Assembly (NCBI RefSeq): GCF_964355755.1
Contig: NC_092670.1
Location: forward strand, 26,584,795 to 26,648,794
Source of the DNA: Antedon mediterranea
Taxonomy: Eukaryota > Animalia > Echinodermata
Length of the DNA stretch: 64,000 nt
Direction of reading: 5' to 3'
Under the pieces are notes generated by a model, which was not told the DNA's origin, did no database searches, and saw only the letters and a program-made list of their open reading frames with translations. Shown in pieces: positions 23,258 to 36,500 of this stretch. How positions within the stretch are numbered: the first letter of the stretch is position 1; every line of letters begins with the position of its first letter. A program made the translations under genes and the position numbers.

Positions 23258-24846
23258 TTAGTTATCCGCTTAGTAGCGGATAACTCCTTGTAATCGTCCT
23301 GTTTCATCAAATTTTTTTTCTGTATTATACTTCTTTCTTTCTGTCATTTTTGTGCGTCGCGTTTTTCTAAAACGTGTAAACAGAACATATCGTAACTTTG
23401 TCAACATATCGACATTTACGTGAACTTGTGCACCTCCTATTTTTGAATGACGTCAGAGTTGCGCAACGTGACTTACGTGCGATTTTATGAATTTCAATGA
23501 TTGATCATAGACTAAAAACCAAACATAATTTTGTTTTCAAACTTTGTGAAAATTTAAGTCATATCAAGCGCAAACTTTCTGTGGATTAAAAATAGCATGT
23601 TTCACAAAAAGTTACGCGCGCACGCGCGTTTAAAATTTTAACGTGCGAAAAATCAACTTCTAATCAACTTTCTATGCGTTTCATGTCATTTTGAGCATGT
23701 CAAAAATTCCCACGCGCGGGAAAATTTTTACGCATGCGGTGCACACGTAGCGTTAAAGACATATTTTTTTTGCGTGATTTATGTTTTTTCAGCCTTTTCT
23801 AGTAATGTTACCAACTTTTAAACAATGTCGACTTAAAATTACGTCATACGAGCACGTCGAATTAGATAATTTGCGCGCGTTTTTGGTGAAAAAGTTCAAA
23901 AATTTGTCAAAATTATGCCTATTTTTAAACAGTCATAGATTCTAAACTACGTGGAGAACTTTTTTTTAATTACATATTCTGGAAGTTGAGATGAGTTGTA
24001 GATATTGGATCATGTATTAATATGGCTAACCGGACATTGTGACGTCATCGTATGGCCACGCGAATATAAAATATAGGATTTTTGTCTCTTTCGTCATAGC
24101 TCATCACATTTAATAGAGCGCATCTCCACTTATTCGTTGTCCATTTTCACCCCGATTTTAATACTGTATATTCTAGGTCAATCAACTATCTTTTGCATGA
24201 ATAAAAATTTTTTTAATTTTTTTAACGTCATCATGCCTAAAAATTTAAATTACGTTGGTCATTAATTTCATCTTTACAGTAAATTTTAATCTGTTATACC
24301 TCGTAAGAATAAAATGTGATAATCACGATTAAAACGTTTTCAGGAAGCTATTGTATTGTAGATACAAAATCATGTGTAAATTGTGCCAATCGAATGTTGT
24401 GACGTCATCATATGGCCAGTTAAATAAAAAAAAGTCGTATTTTCATCTTTTGCATTATATTTCATTACATTTAAAAGAGCGCGCATCAATATTTCACATA
24501 TTCAAATTTCTTCTACACGTTAATATGTTGTTGCTGAGATAATTTCATTCAGAAATTTCTACTTTTGCATTTCATTTTGAAACCGTCAAGATGTTAAAAA
24601 TTACAATAAAATACGGGTCCCGTAATTTCACCTATTTTACACTGTTTGTGATATGTATACAGATTGTACTGTGTATACTATATGACAAAAAATAACAGAA
24701 TTCAGAAATAACAACATATCATATTCTTCAGTTCAGGTCATAATGCCTTAATATTTTTCTGTGTGCAATATTCTAACGTATGACGTCCACGTGGCGTTTG
24801 TCGAGCGGATAACTAACTCGTCAAAGTGACGAGTTTCATGTCTAGT
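23258..24846 (+). mobile_element. Non-autonomous Helentron/DINE-1-like element
   Basis: 13-bp subTIRs TTAGTTATCCGCT (23258) / AGCGGATAACTAA (24804), 5' hairpin, 3' hairpin AACTCGTCA-AAG-TGACGAGTT, ends CTAGT. Confidence 0.75.
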
Positions 24847-27465
24847 TATTTATTGTTACAGATAATAAAATTGCAAAACAATCGCAGATGTATTTTGAAG
24901 AGAGAGACTTCCTGTGGAGTTACTTTAAAATATGTGTACCAAACTTTGCAAGCAAAGTGCCAGCCCTAGGCCTTTTGTTGGCAATTTAGATCATTTACAA
25001 GCACATAAGAAAGTTTTGAATACGTAAGAATGGAAGACAAAGGGTTATGATTGAAATGTAGGCCTGTGTTTTATCTTTCCACGGTCTATCCGTGTGTATG
25101 TACTGTATGTGATTATTTAAAAAATATTATACACTACTGTGAAGTTATTATTTAAGAACTAGGTGCTACCTTGGAAATGAACTGGCCACCCTACCAAACA
25201 ATGCCGACAGCTCATTACCCTGTACGTTTAAAAATGAATACTGGACTTACCTTTACTTTTGCTTATAATTATTAGTATTATACCTGGATAGTATGATATC
25301 GTGTTAATGGAGGCTAATGGACAAAAATCATTCAAAGTACTGTTCATAGTTAAAAAACAAACAATTAAATATTCACTTATTACGGTGGTCTAAAAATAAT
25401 TATTTTAACTTAGTAGCATCAAATGTTCCACAATGGTTAGTTCACCTGTAACTTGTTTTTACCCCTTTTAATATCAGTTTATTTTTATACCTACTGTACT
25501 CTTCTCTAAGAATAGAATAAGTAAATACTACAGACTTATATTTGTATCATGATTAGTTTTACTTTGTCATTTTGGTTGTATTGTTTGCTTTCAGCGTCAC
25601 ATCCTTTTGTAATTCCATAACCCTAACCTGGGAAAATTCTCTAAAAACAAATAAAATATATTATTTATTGACTTGAAATTTGTGAATCCGTTACAAATGA
25701 AGCATGACAATATCCCAAGCAGAACTAAAATATAATCTAAATTCTATGGTGCAAATGGGACTATCTTTATTATAATTTGAATTGTGGTTCTTTACAAAGT
25801 AAAGCTAACAATTCTTTGTAAGACTGTGATTGGGTGAAACTTGACAGAGTAAAATTGTGATAATTCACACTTGGTTAAAAAGTATTATCACCATGAAAGT
25901 GTATTACACTTATTGTCTGATGGTAAACATTTCAAGTCATTCTTTGACTGGTGCTTGGACAGGTACAACGGTATGACTCCAGCTTTAAAAGGTACTGTAA
26001 TCCTAATTTCATTTTATAAAAATATATATTTAATTATCTTAATCTTTGTAATGTATATGTAAGGATACTAAGAATATAAAATATTTTTGAAATATTTATC
26101 GCATTAGCTAATTGAATTGATATTTATGGTAAAAGCATAGCATGTACATAACTGGCATCCTTTCACTACTTATGTGCACCTTATTCATCAATTTGTTTTG
26201 TGTAATGGAATGTTTGATGTTAATTACTGATAATATATTTATATATTAATTTCAACTATTATTTGCATTTTTTAATTACAGTACCTGTAGTACAAATTAT
26301 TGTAATCGTAAGCTATGTCTGGTTATTATCTAGCAATGATACATTACAAAAACAGTTATATTACAACAGTTGCTTTAATTGTAAGACAACAGAGATGTTA
26401 TGTACATGGAACCAGGAAAGCTTACAATATTAACTCCAATCTTTCACTTAATAAAAGCTTACAAAGTTTTCAAAATACTTTTTGACTAGCGTTAAGTGAA
26501 GCACCTTGTTATGTACACAAATGTATGTAAAAAGTAGAGATAAGTATTTTTTTATATGTTTAAATATTAAATACTGTAGAATATGTTACTGTCTTATGCG
26601 TTTATTTATCACCATACAAAATCTTGAGTTTAGTTCCTGGTGCCAAACCCATTTCCGACTCACTGAACCGTAATGATCATTGATGCATGTTCGCGTGGAT
26701 AGAAGTGATAATGATTTGCATTTCAATTGTGGTTTTATAGTTCTGTGCCTTCTTATCTAATCCAAGTTAATCTACAATACTGTTTGTCTGAGAAATCATC
26801 TCAACCTATTAACATAAATTCTCTTATTTATCCCTAGTCATCTTTACCTGACCTTTGGAAAGTGTTTCAGTTTTATTTTATTGGGAGTTTTTTTTTATAA
26901 AAAAAAACACCATTTTTGTACAAAATATATTCTAAATATTTAACTGTATACTTGTGTAGCTTATAAATTAAACAAATTAAATGTGATTAATAGTAATACT
27001 GATTTTCTTCAAATGCTAATATGATTGAGGTTCTCCGAAAAAATATGCTTGAAGTTATAAAAATATTCATTATTGTTTCAAGTTTTTATAATCGCGCCTA
27101 TGGAGTAAACACCGAGTAAGATAGAGAAAACTATTTGATTTATAAAATAGGAAATTTAATTTTATAGGAAAGTGGCGGCAATGTAGTAGGCAATGAAAAT
27201 TCTGTTTTACATTTTTATTTAATAATTTCTTTCAGTCATCAGGAAATGTATTCTTTCTTTTAGAATAAGTTAACGGATGAAAGTATACAGTGGTTTCTTT
27301 TTCTTCCAAGTCATTTATTTTTAATGATATTTTTTAAAGACTGTCTTTAACTTGTTTTATAATTTTATCTGAGCAATCTTTATTTCTTTGTTTTTTTTAA
27401 AGGGTGTTAAATTGATGTTTTACATGACAATTAAAGTTTGAATCCTGTCAAAAAAACCAGTTAAA

Positions 27466-27506
27466 ATGCCAACTGGAGAGAACAAGAAGTTCAATAAAAA
27501 TCCCAA
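27466..27506 (+). CDS. NEK10: NEK10 coding exon 1
   Basis: MPTGENKKFNKNP + AA|GTAAGT; phase fits exon 2. Confidence 0.75.
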
Positions 27507-30500
27507 GTAAGTTTTAATTGATTGTGTAACAAAGGCATAACATTTCCTGTTGTAAATGATGTAAGCAAGTTGACTTTTGAAAACAAAAATACAATTTTGA
27601 TACTTAGATTTTGATCGACCATATTCATATGATAAAAGCTTTTAAAATTGTTCTGATAATCAAATAATACTATATAGATGTACCTAATCATGTTACTGTG
27701 GAAGTTAATAAGTTTTCATATGAATGAATGGAAAAAAAATAACAATAAATATTCTTACCAAAAAAATGCAGCTTGCTTTTTGATGTAACAGTTTTAAAGA
27801 TATATTTTCTCCCTAAAAAATATATTTTTTTAAAATTTGGTTTTGAATTTGTCATTTTAATATCACATGATAGTTATAGTAAAAAAAAATTATTTTCCTG
27901 AAAAAATATAATTTAAAGCGAAAAATATTTAAATTGTCTGCAAGACAATGGTTTTTGGTTAAAATTAAATTTTTCTTTTCTCTTCTTAATTGTTTTTTTT
28001 TAAAATGGACCTGAAATGGATTTTCGATTTTTTTCATTTTAGAATGATGTTTTGGGGGCTATTAGGTGTTGCTAGAATGTATATTGTTACAAAATATAAA
28101 TTGGCCCATTTGGGGAAAGCCCCATTTGAAAATCAAAAAAATTCGCGGGTGACGTCACTTTGCGAATATATTTCTATCCCTCCAATGGACAATTTGCAGT
28201 TTTTTGGCTATAACTCTTGAAATCTATGGAGTATTTTCTAAAAAATGCTTGTGCATTTGCAGAAACGTATTTAGAATTTTTTTAGATAAAATTATTACCG
28301 TATAAACGGTTATTCATCGAGTAAATGGCGATTTAAAATCTTAAAATCAACGGGTTTTTTCTGGCAATACCGAAGTTGGCCTGGCAACGTTGTCCGGGAT
28401 ACAGCTCCGTGCGCAATGATGCGTATCCATATTTTCCGTTCGTGTATTTTGTATCGTTCGTAATTTATACTGCTAAAATGTGTTAGTTTCTTTAGTTTTT
28501 AGTTTAGCAGAATTAAATTAGTAATATGAGATGATAATTTATTTGTCACGAATCAGGCAGTTCGAAAACGAATTTTATTCATATTTTACTTTGGCTTGAC
28601 AATGAGCGCAGCAAGTTGTTGATATCGCTTTGGTCCTTGGATGCACATGAAACGGAGCCTCGCCGCATGATGTGGGTGGTGGATCGACTCCGCGCACTGG
28701 ATTGGGGGCCTAGGCCTAGTAAAGGTTTGGGAGGTAGGCCTTCTAAATTCGGGTTTTAGAACAAACGAAGTACATTTTAGGGACCTATATTTCAACAACA
28801 TTAGATATTGAATAAATTAGTATTAGTGTCAACGCTTCGCGTATCTTTCCAGGCCGTCGATCATTCACTGACTATCGGGCGGCATACACGCTCTCGATAT
28901 CATCATGTGTATATGTGACGTCGTGAATATAGAGGCTTCCGACGGCCGTTGAAATAGAATATTGCAATGGCGTGAGTAATTTTCGCTAATTTACCATGGT
29001 ATCTTAAAATTTCGTTTTTACTCAAAATACTATACATTTTGTTTTTATTTGTATGGGTTTGTGTTAATTTGATACATTTAAATAACATGTGTGAATTTCT
29101 TGAAAATCGAAATTCCATTTCAGGTCCATTTTAACAGAAGTGAATTACATTATTAAAGTCTGATTTTATAATTTTTCATGTTTTTGGGGGACAATACATC
29201 TTAAATAATTGTTCTTTTTTCAAAAATAATGATTTATTATCAATTATTTTGTTTAACAATCAGTAGTAAACATTTTGTGTAACGTAAATATATAGTCAAA
29301 AGTTTATAAAAATGAATAAAATCTATTGCATAATAAATATTTGTTTAGCTTATGTGAAAGAATATTGATTTATCAAGAACATATTAAAATATAGGAGAAA
29401 ATGGGAACCGCATTAGCGCGATGCACTATATTATTAAATGGGATTAACTAGTACAAAAAAGGAAAAATACATTTTTTTTTTTATTCGAGTGGCCATATGG
29501 TCGTTATTTTGCAATTAAAAGTTCATCAAAATGAATGAAATTTACTACAGAAGGTATGAAAAACAAAAAATAATTGCAAAAAAACATTTCTCTACTCTTT
29601 TTACGAGCTGTGCAAACAAGTGTGCGCCAAAACGAAAACATTTTTGAAAATTTTAAAACGCTCAAAATGACTTGAAATATTCGCGGAATTGTTTAGAAAT
29701 TAATTTTGCGCATTTTGAAATTTGCGTAGCATGCTATTTTATCATGTCAAAATTTGCCCTATATTATGAAATATACTTTTGTTAAGTTTCATTGAAAAAT
29801 GAAATTTTTTTTTTATGATGAACCATAACATTTCATTAAATCGCACGTTACCTACGATGCGCGACTCTTAAAGTCATATAACAAAGTTTCTTGCACATCT
29901 GCTATACAATCTTATGCAAACAAAATTTATGGAAAAAAAGAAGAATAAGATAGGGGGAAAAAAAAGAACCTGACAATAACAAGGGGTTTTGTGTAACATA
30001 TTTTATTTTTTATGTACGTATATATTTCGTATACGTCTTAATAATTTTCTATTTTAGAGAGGATTTGAGTCGACTTCTAAAGCTTCTAATTACACATCCA
30101 AGTAAACAACAAGTAAGTTTGTTTTTTGATGTTTTACTATTCTTGTTTGTGTATTTTATTAAAGTAAATGTGTAAACATTTCAATGCCATTAATATTTTG
30201 AACATAAACTCTCACATAAATGTTGTTAGGCTAAGCAATCTATCATTTTGAGTGAAACGAATTGCAAACAGAGATTTTTCTTTTTTAAACGGTCACATAT
30301 GATGAGGAGATCAAAATTTGAGCATCACACCTGTCACTCATCCCGATGATATGCAAATTAGCTTAAATATGCAAATTAGGGTGAAATTATATTATATAAA
30401 AACTGTATCCAAGTCATTTGAGGCCAAAACAAGGTCTGTACATACATTTTAGTAGCATTATAATGTCAATTATATTTTGTGATTTGTAATTTTAAAACAT

Positions 30501-33500
30501 AATTAGATTTAATGTACAAGTTTTTTTATGCTAGTAGTTTAAAAACCCTATTTCTATCAAATTCACTCATTTGCTTTTCGTGTTTCTGTTCTATTGTTTG
30601 TCGGCTGAAGCTATTGTTAGTTGAAAGGCGGGTTACATAACCTTTACACCAAACTCGCATACACATGCTTGTAGTGAAGTTAGCCTAAATCACACACACA
30701 TCATTAAGACACACACTTTCCGGTGACTAAATCTGAGGAGGTATGCACTCTCGGAGTGGCTTTCTAGTTTTAGATAGATTGCCTAGCCTGTATAGCCTTC
30801 GAATATCCATCTCTCCCCCAAATAAAATATTAGTTTTAAATAAATATACATATTGTATTATAACACATTTCTTTTAGTAGAGTTTAATTGACTTGCATTT
30901 ACAATCAAGCATTTTAAATGTATTTTATCACTACTTGTCACTTGTTGATATTTGTACATGTAACCATTACACCTAGTTTTTGCCATTAATGATTATTTTG
31001 TTTTTATTTTCTAGTTACCATCATTAAAACATGAAGGGAGCAACAACAATAACAACAACAGTCCACCACGCAAATGCAATAATATATTGCAACATCACAA
31101 CTCAGAGGCTAGGGCATTAGAAACATTCAGGTAAAACAATATTACTTTACTATGTGGACCCTGGAAAGTAAACTTTTTTAGCAATTCTAAATTAAATCAA
31201 AATAAAAAATGTTTTTTATTTTTTTATTAATGATACATGCTTATGAAGATATGATTACAAACGTGATTTCTTTAAATTGGGTAAATTTTAATTGCACACC
31301 GTGCAACCACATCGATTCCTGGCCATAAGAAATATACTTTTAGGAAAGCCAATTTAGGAACGCATTTGCATTGTTTGTCCGAGAAGAAATAAATATCGCT
31401 ACAGTTATTACAAAATAAACTAATAGACAAATCTTAGGTACGCTCTTTTAAATGTCATGAACTATGACGAAAAATATGAAATTACGACTTTTATAATTGA
31501 ACTGGCCATATGATGACGTGCATAATTTGTACATGAATTCGTATCTACAATTCAACACCTTCCAGAAAATGTTTTAATCATGAGTATCACATTTCATTCT
31601 GAGGTCCTATAATAAATTGAAATTTATTGCGCATGATGACGGCATAAAAAATTTAAAATGGTAAATCATGCGAAAGACAAATGATTGACCTATCCCAATA
31701 TCAAAATATGGGGGAAAATGGAATACGGATAGTGGAGATGCGCTCTATTAAATGTGTTGAGCTATGACGAAAGAGATAAAAATCCTATATTTTATATTCA
31801 AATGACTGTTTAGAAAAAGTCATAATTTTGACGAATTTTTTAGTTTGTTTTATCAAAAACGTGCGCAAATTGTCCAATTCGAAGTGCTCGTATGATATGA
31901 TTTTAAATCGAAATTGAAAAACATAATTCTACGCTACGCGACTCTAAAGTCATATAACAAATTTTTTGGAACATCTACAGCTACAGGTCAATCTTATGAC
32001 AAAGTTATACAATCTTATGTTGGCCAGAATTAGAGATACGCTGCGAACAAAATTCGTGGAAAGAAAGAATAAAAAAAAAAAAAAAAATCGTGACAATACT
32101 TTTCAAACCGCTAAAAATAAGAATTAAGCCTGTGTTTATTATTTGTTCGATTCCATTTCGAGCGCCACCTACATAGAATGGGTTACGGACGCTGCATAGC
32201 ACATTTGAAGCTTCTTCAATTTCTTCGGTACATTTCTTCCTAACGTACTTATATAGTAGCTTAATAAATACTCCACTTATTAAATAATTTAATCAATCTG
32301 TAAAATTTACGTTTCGAAGCCAATATTCCATGAAAAGCGACTAGTTCCGAAAATGGAACAGTCCACTGTGGGGGTATCCAATCATTAATTAATACGCTAA
32401 TACATGCATACCATGCACATTGCCTGGGCGATGGTAATTTATTCATAAGCGGAGAACCTAATCCCCCTGTAAGGAAAATGGTAAACACTTTTATTTTTAA
32501 TAGGGATTATTTTTGTCAGTGGTTGGTCTTGTTTGGCCTCTTCGCACAAGGTAGTTGAACAGAAATATAAATTAGCTTCAATTCAATACTAAACTAGCCA
32601 GATTTTGATAATGAGAAAGACTCACATATTCAATTGTTGTCGGAACAACAATTTGAGGCAGATTTACATAATAATAATAATAATAATAACTGATTTATAT
32701 ATCAAAATCTAGCATTTAGTGGTGGTGCAGTATATTTAATTTTAATTTCAGAAAGTCAGATAAGTCATTAAGAAATGTAAATTGTCTATTTAGGTTTATT
32801 TGTGCAATATGCAATAGCAAGTTGCTCTTTAAAAGTAGGAACACACTCATTACAACCTACAAATAGGAAAATGTTGCATTTTTGATTGAAATAATAAAAT
32901 GTTTTTATTTTAACAGTTCAACCTATCAGAATGAACGGCTCTTTAGCAAACATCATCTATCCAAGCAATTTGATCAGGTATGTTTTCATATTTTGACAAC
33001 AGTTCAAAGAACAAATGACAGGTTGATTTAATCAAATACAGCCCACGAAATTCAGAAAAAAGAAGGTCGGCAAAAAATTGCCGACCTTAAATTCGCCAAG
33101 GTCGGCAGTCTCGGCAGTTCTAAAAATAGAAAATTCAACAAGGCCTAACCTCTTGCTAACCTAATAAGGCCTAGCTAGGCCTAGCCTCCCTAGCTATATG
33201 TTATGCAAAAAGAACTAGCAAAATTAACTAAAATATAAAAACCTAACACTAAAATTTACAAGATAAATTCTATTTGATAATTGCTGAACATCGTGGTTCT
33301 GGAGCTAGCCGTACACAGAGCATAGCCTGGTTGCTTGCTTGGCATAACAGGGTATTCCCCTACACAGGTCTGTCGCACAGCGCTGTGCCCAGCCAGCTTG
33401 ATAGGAAAGCATGCAGCTCACACACACACAACATGATGTAATGGTTGAGTGAATTCAGGGATCATCTTAATTCCATGGTTTGTTAACTAAACACAACATG

Positions 33501-36500
33501 GTGGTGAATATGCCTGTTAAAATTTCAATGATACGATCCCTTAAAGTACCATGTTGTTGCTAGGAGGCTTGAAAGGAGGGATCTCTAGCCTAGTTTCAAG
33601 GTCGGCAATCTCTTGCCGTCCTCTGACAATTTAAGGTCGGCAATAAGGTCCGCAATTGCCGATTGCCGACGTGAAATTCGTGGGCTGCAAATATACACAA
33701 TAAAGGTAAACAAGAAATATTTTTTACAAAAATGCTGCTCGGTTTTTTGACGTAACAGTTTTAATTATTTTTCTTTCTTCATTAAATTTTTTTTTATTGA
33801 TATTCTATTTTTAATAATTTAAGAAATAATGATTTATTATCAATTATATTTGTTTAACAATCAGTAAACATTTTGTGTAATGTAAATATAGTGAAGTTAA
33901 CAAAGTCCTAAAAGTCTATTCCTAAACTTAACTATAGTAGTAGTAGTACTGTACATGGTAGAGGTGTGACTCCCTAAGGCCGGAGTGACTCACATACCCA
34001 ACATTTCAGTAACATTTCCCAGCCGCCCACAAACTTACTCACTAATCAAACAATTCTTCATATACACACCATTCACCAAAAATATTTACCATAGAGAAAG
34101 GATTGTTTTGACAATGATAAATTGACAACCAAAAAGAAAACAATGTTTATTGAACAGGTCTTACACAGACTACTGTCTGCATACACCTCGTAGACTCTTT
34201 TCGCCCAGATGTGCATGCCCAGTCCGAGTTTCCAAATACCTATTTTTTCAGCTGTAGTAAACATAAGCTTATATCGATTATAGTATTCACTATATAAAGA
34301 ACAAAATAAAGATAAAAAACATAAAACATATAGACTCAAAATTATGTCAATTGTGAGTTAAAAAAGTGAGTGCTGTTTCAATTCGCCTTACAGTAGTCAT
34401 TTCTTTTGAGATTCAGTCATGGATTGGGAAGATTTTGGGTTGGGTTTTTGGGTTTCAAACTTGTTATCGTAGGCCTTCTTAAATGTGGGTTATGTTGTTC
34501 GCATAAGCTCAAATCTTTATTGCGATTTAATGGTTGATTCTGATTTCGCATTGCGGTTACGGGGTTCAAACTTAGTTGGGTCTAAGTAGTCCATTTTCAT
34601 CCGCATATCTCAGTCTATCAAAGTGGACTCATGCTTTTATGCCTTTGTCTCTAAAGTTCTTTCATTTTAGTAAACAGTTTTTGTTGAACCTTACTAGTAA
34701 AATCTCCATTGATATAGATATTATTGCCCCATTAGCTTGGGTTTACATTTGACAGACATTTTCCTAATTGTTTGCTTACTAATCGTTTCTAAGATAATAT
34801 GCAATAACGGATCGAGGCCTGCTGGCTCGAGGCTCAACACGGTAGGCACTCTGTATCTCATCGTTCATTGAACCTGTAATCATTTTCTTTAGTATATTAC
34901 CCAAATCCTCTTTATTCTCGGTTAATTCTGGAATTCCATTAAATTGTAGATTGTTCCGCCGCTGACGCCTTTCTATGTTGTCAAGTTTGTCTTTAATTAT
35001 TTCAAGATCTTTGTCTAACACTTGTTTACTGTTCTCTACCATTTCTTGAACTTTCAAGTCCGATGAAGTCCGAGTGTTCTTGGAATTCTACATTCATTGT
35101 TTGTAGCTTGAGTTCGCACTTGTTATTTCGAAAGAATGGCAATTGTTTTTTTCTGTCCCCAATTTTGCTAATAACACCGCATACAGTAGCTCTGCTTTAA
35201 TATCTGATACTGATACTTTTCGCTCCCATGAGAACTATCATAGTGCTAGCCAGCCACTGATTACCAGCGGTATGTTTGTGGTGTTCGTCATAGACACGCT
35301 GGTATTTGTCACATTTTATATTTATTCTTTCCTACTTTCACTTCAGAACTAAAGAAGGTTAGAAGAAAAGATTGAGATGCATTTAATATGCTATTTTGTC
35401 ATATTCAATTTTTCTGTAAAATTAATAAAAGTATCAACAGAACTCAACAGCAATTGTTCATGACAATTTTGTTTATTTTACAGATATTTTCAGCCCTTGT
35501 CAAAAGTCGGCTTTGTTCAAGGTGAGTACTAAAATATATGATTGGGTGGCAATGCTCACGCTAGCCATTGCCGTTTTTGCAAATGACGATTGGAGTTGTC
35601 AATTGGCGGAAAAAAAATTGATATCTTTCGCAAAACTGGCGAAAATAATTTTTTCATTCATCCGCTTAGGCTCTGAGGCCTGGCTCTGAATAAAATTTTC
35701 TTCAACATCATCGCCGATGTCGCCAGCCTAAGCAATCGCAGTGTAGAGATATTGCGTTACTTGCCTATCAACAACGCTTTTTTGCATCACTTTAGTAAAT
35801 TAAAACAATATTTTTGTTCGGGTGGCAGACTACTTAATTGTACATCAAGAATTTATTTTGTGAATCGCTATTTTCCTTTTATAATAGACATGCACAGTAA
35901 TTATAATTACAAACAAACTTCACATGTGTATATCTGCTAAATAATTTACAAATCGATGACCTTTCGCAAATTTTGCGAAAGCAAACTTGACCTTAGCGTG
36001 AGCATAGGGTGGTATGAAAAGAGTAATAAAACTAGTAAAGGATAAGTATACAGACTGGGGCACCCAGAGAGTATTTTTGTGGAAACCTCAAAAGGATTGA
36101 TAGGCTGATTGTGTAGATACTGTAAATGGCCAAGATTTAATTATCAATATTGCTGCCAGGTCGTATCCTGCTAGTTTACCCTTGGGACACCAATGGGAGG
36201 GGTAAAGAATGGACTTTATCATGTGAAATCCACACAGAAAAAATATTTTGGACATCATCCCCATTGTATATAATGTTAAAGCAGCAATGACAGCAACTTT
36301 ATCTTGGTAAGTTATTTCTCACAGCGCCTCCCTCCTTCCACGTTTGAAATTGTCAGTTTTTTTACGCTGAAATTACTGTGTAATCAAAAACTATCTAGTT
36401 TAATACAATTATTTGAAATACATTTTTGTTTATAGTGAGTGGTCTGAGAGAGCACCAGCTGAAAACCAACTATGCATTTTGATATGTCTACGAATATTTC

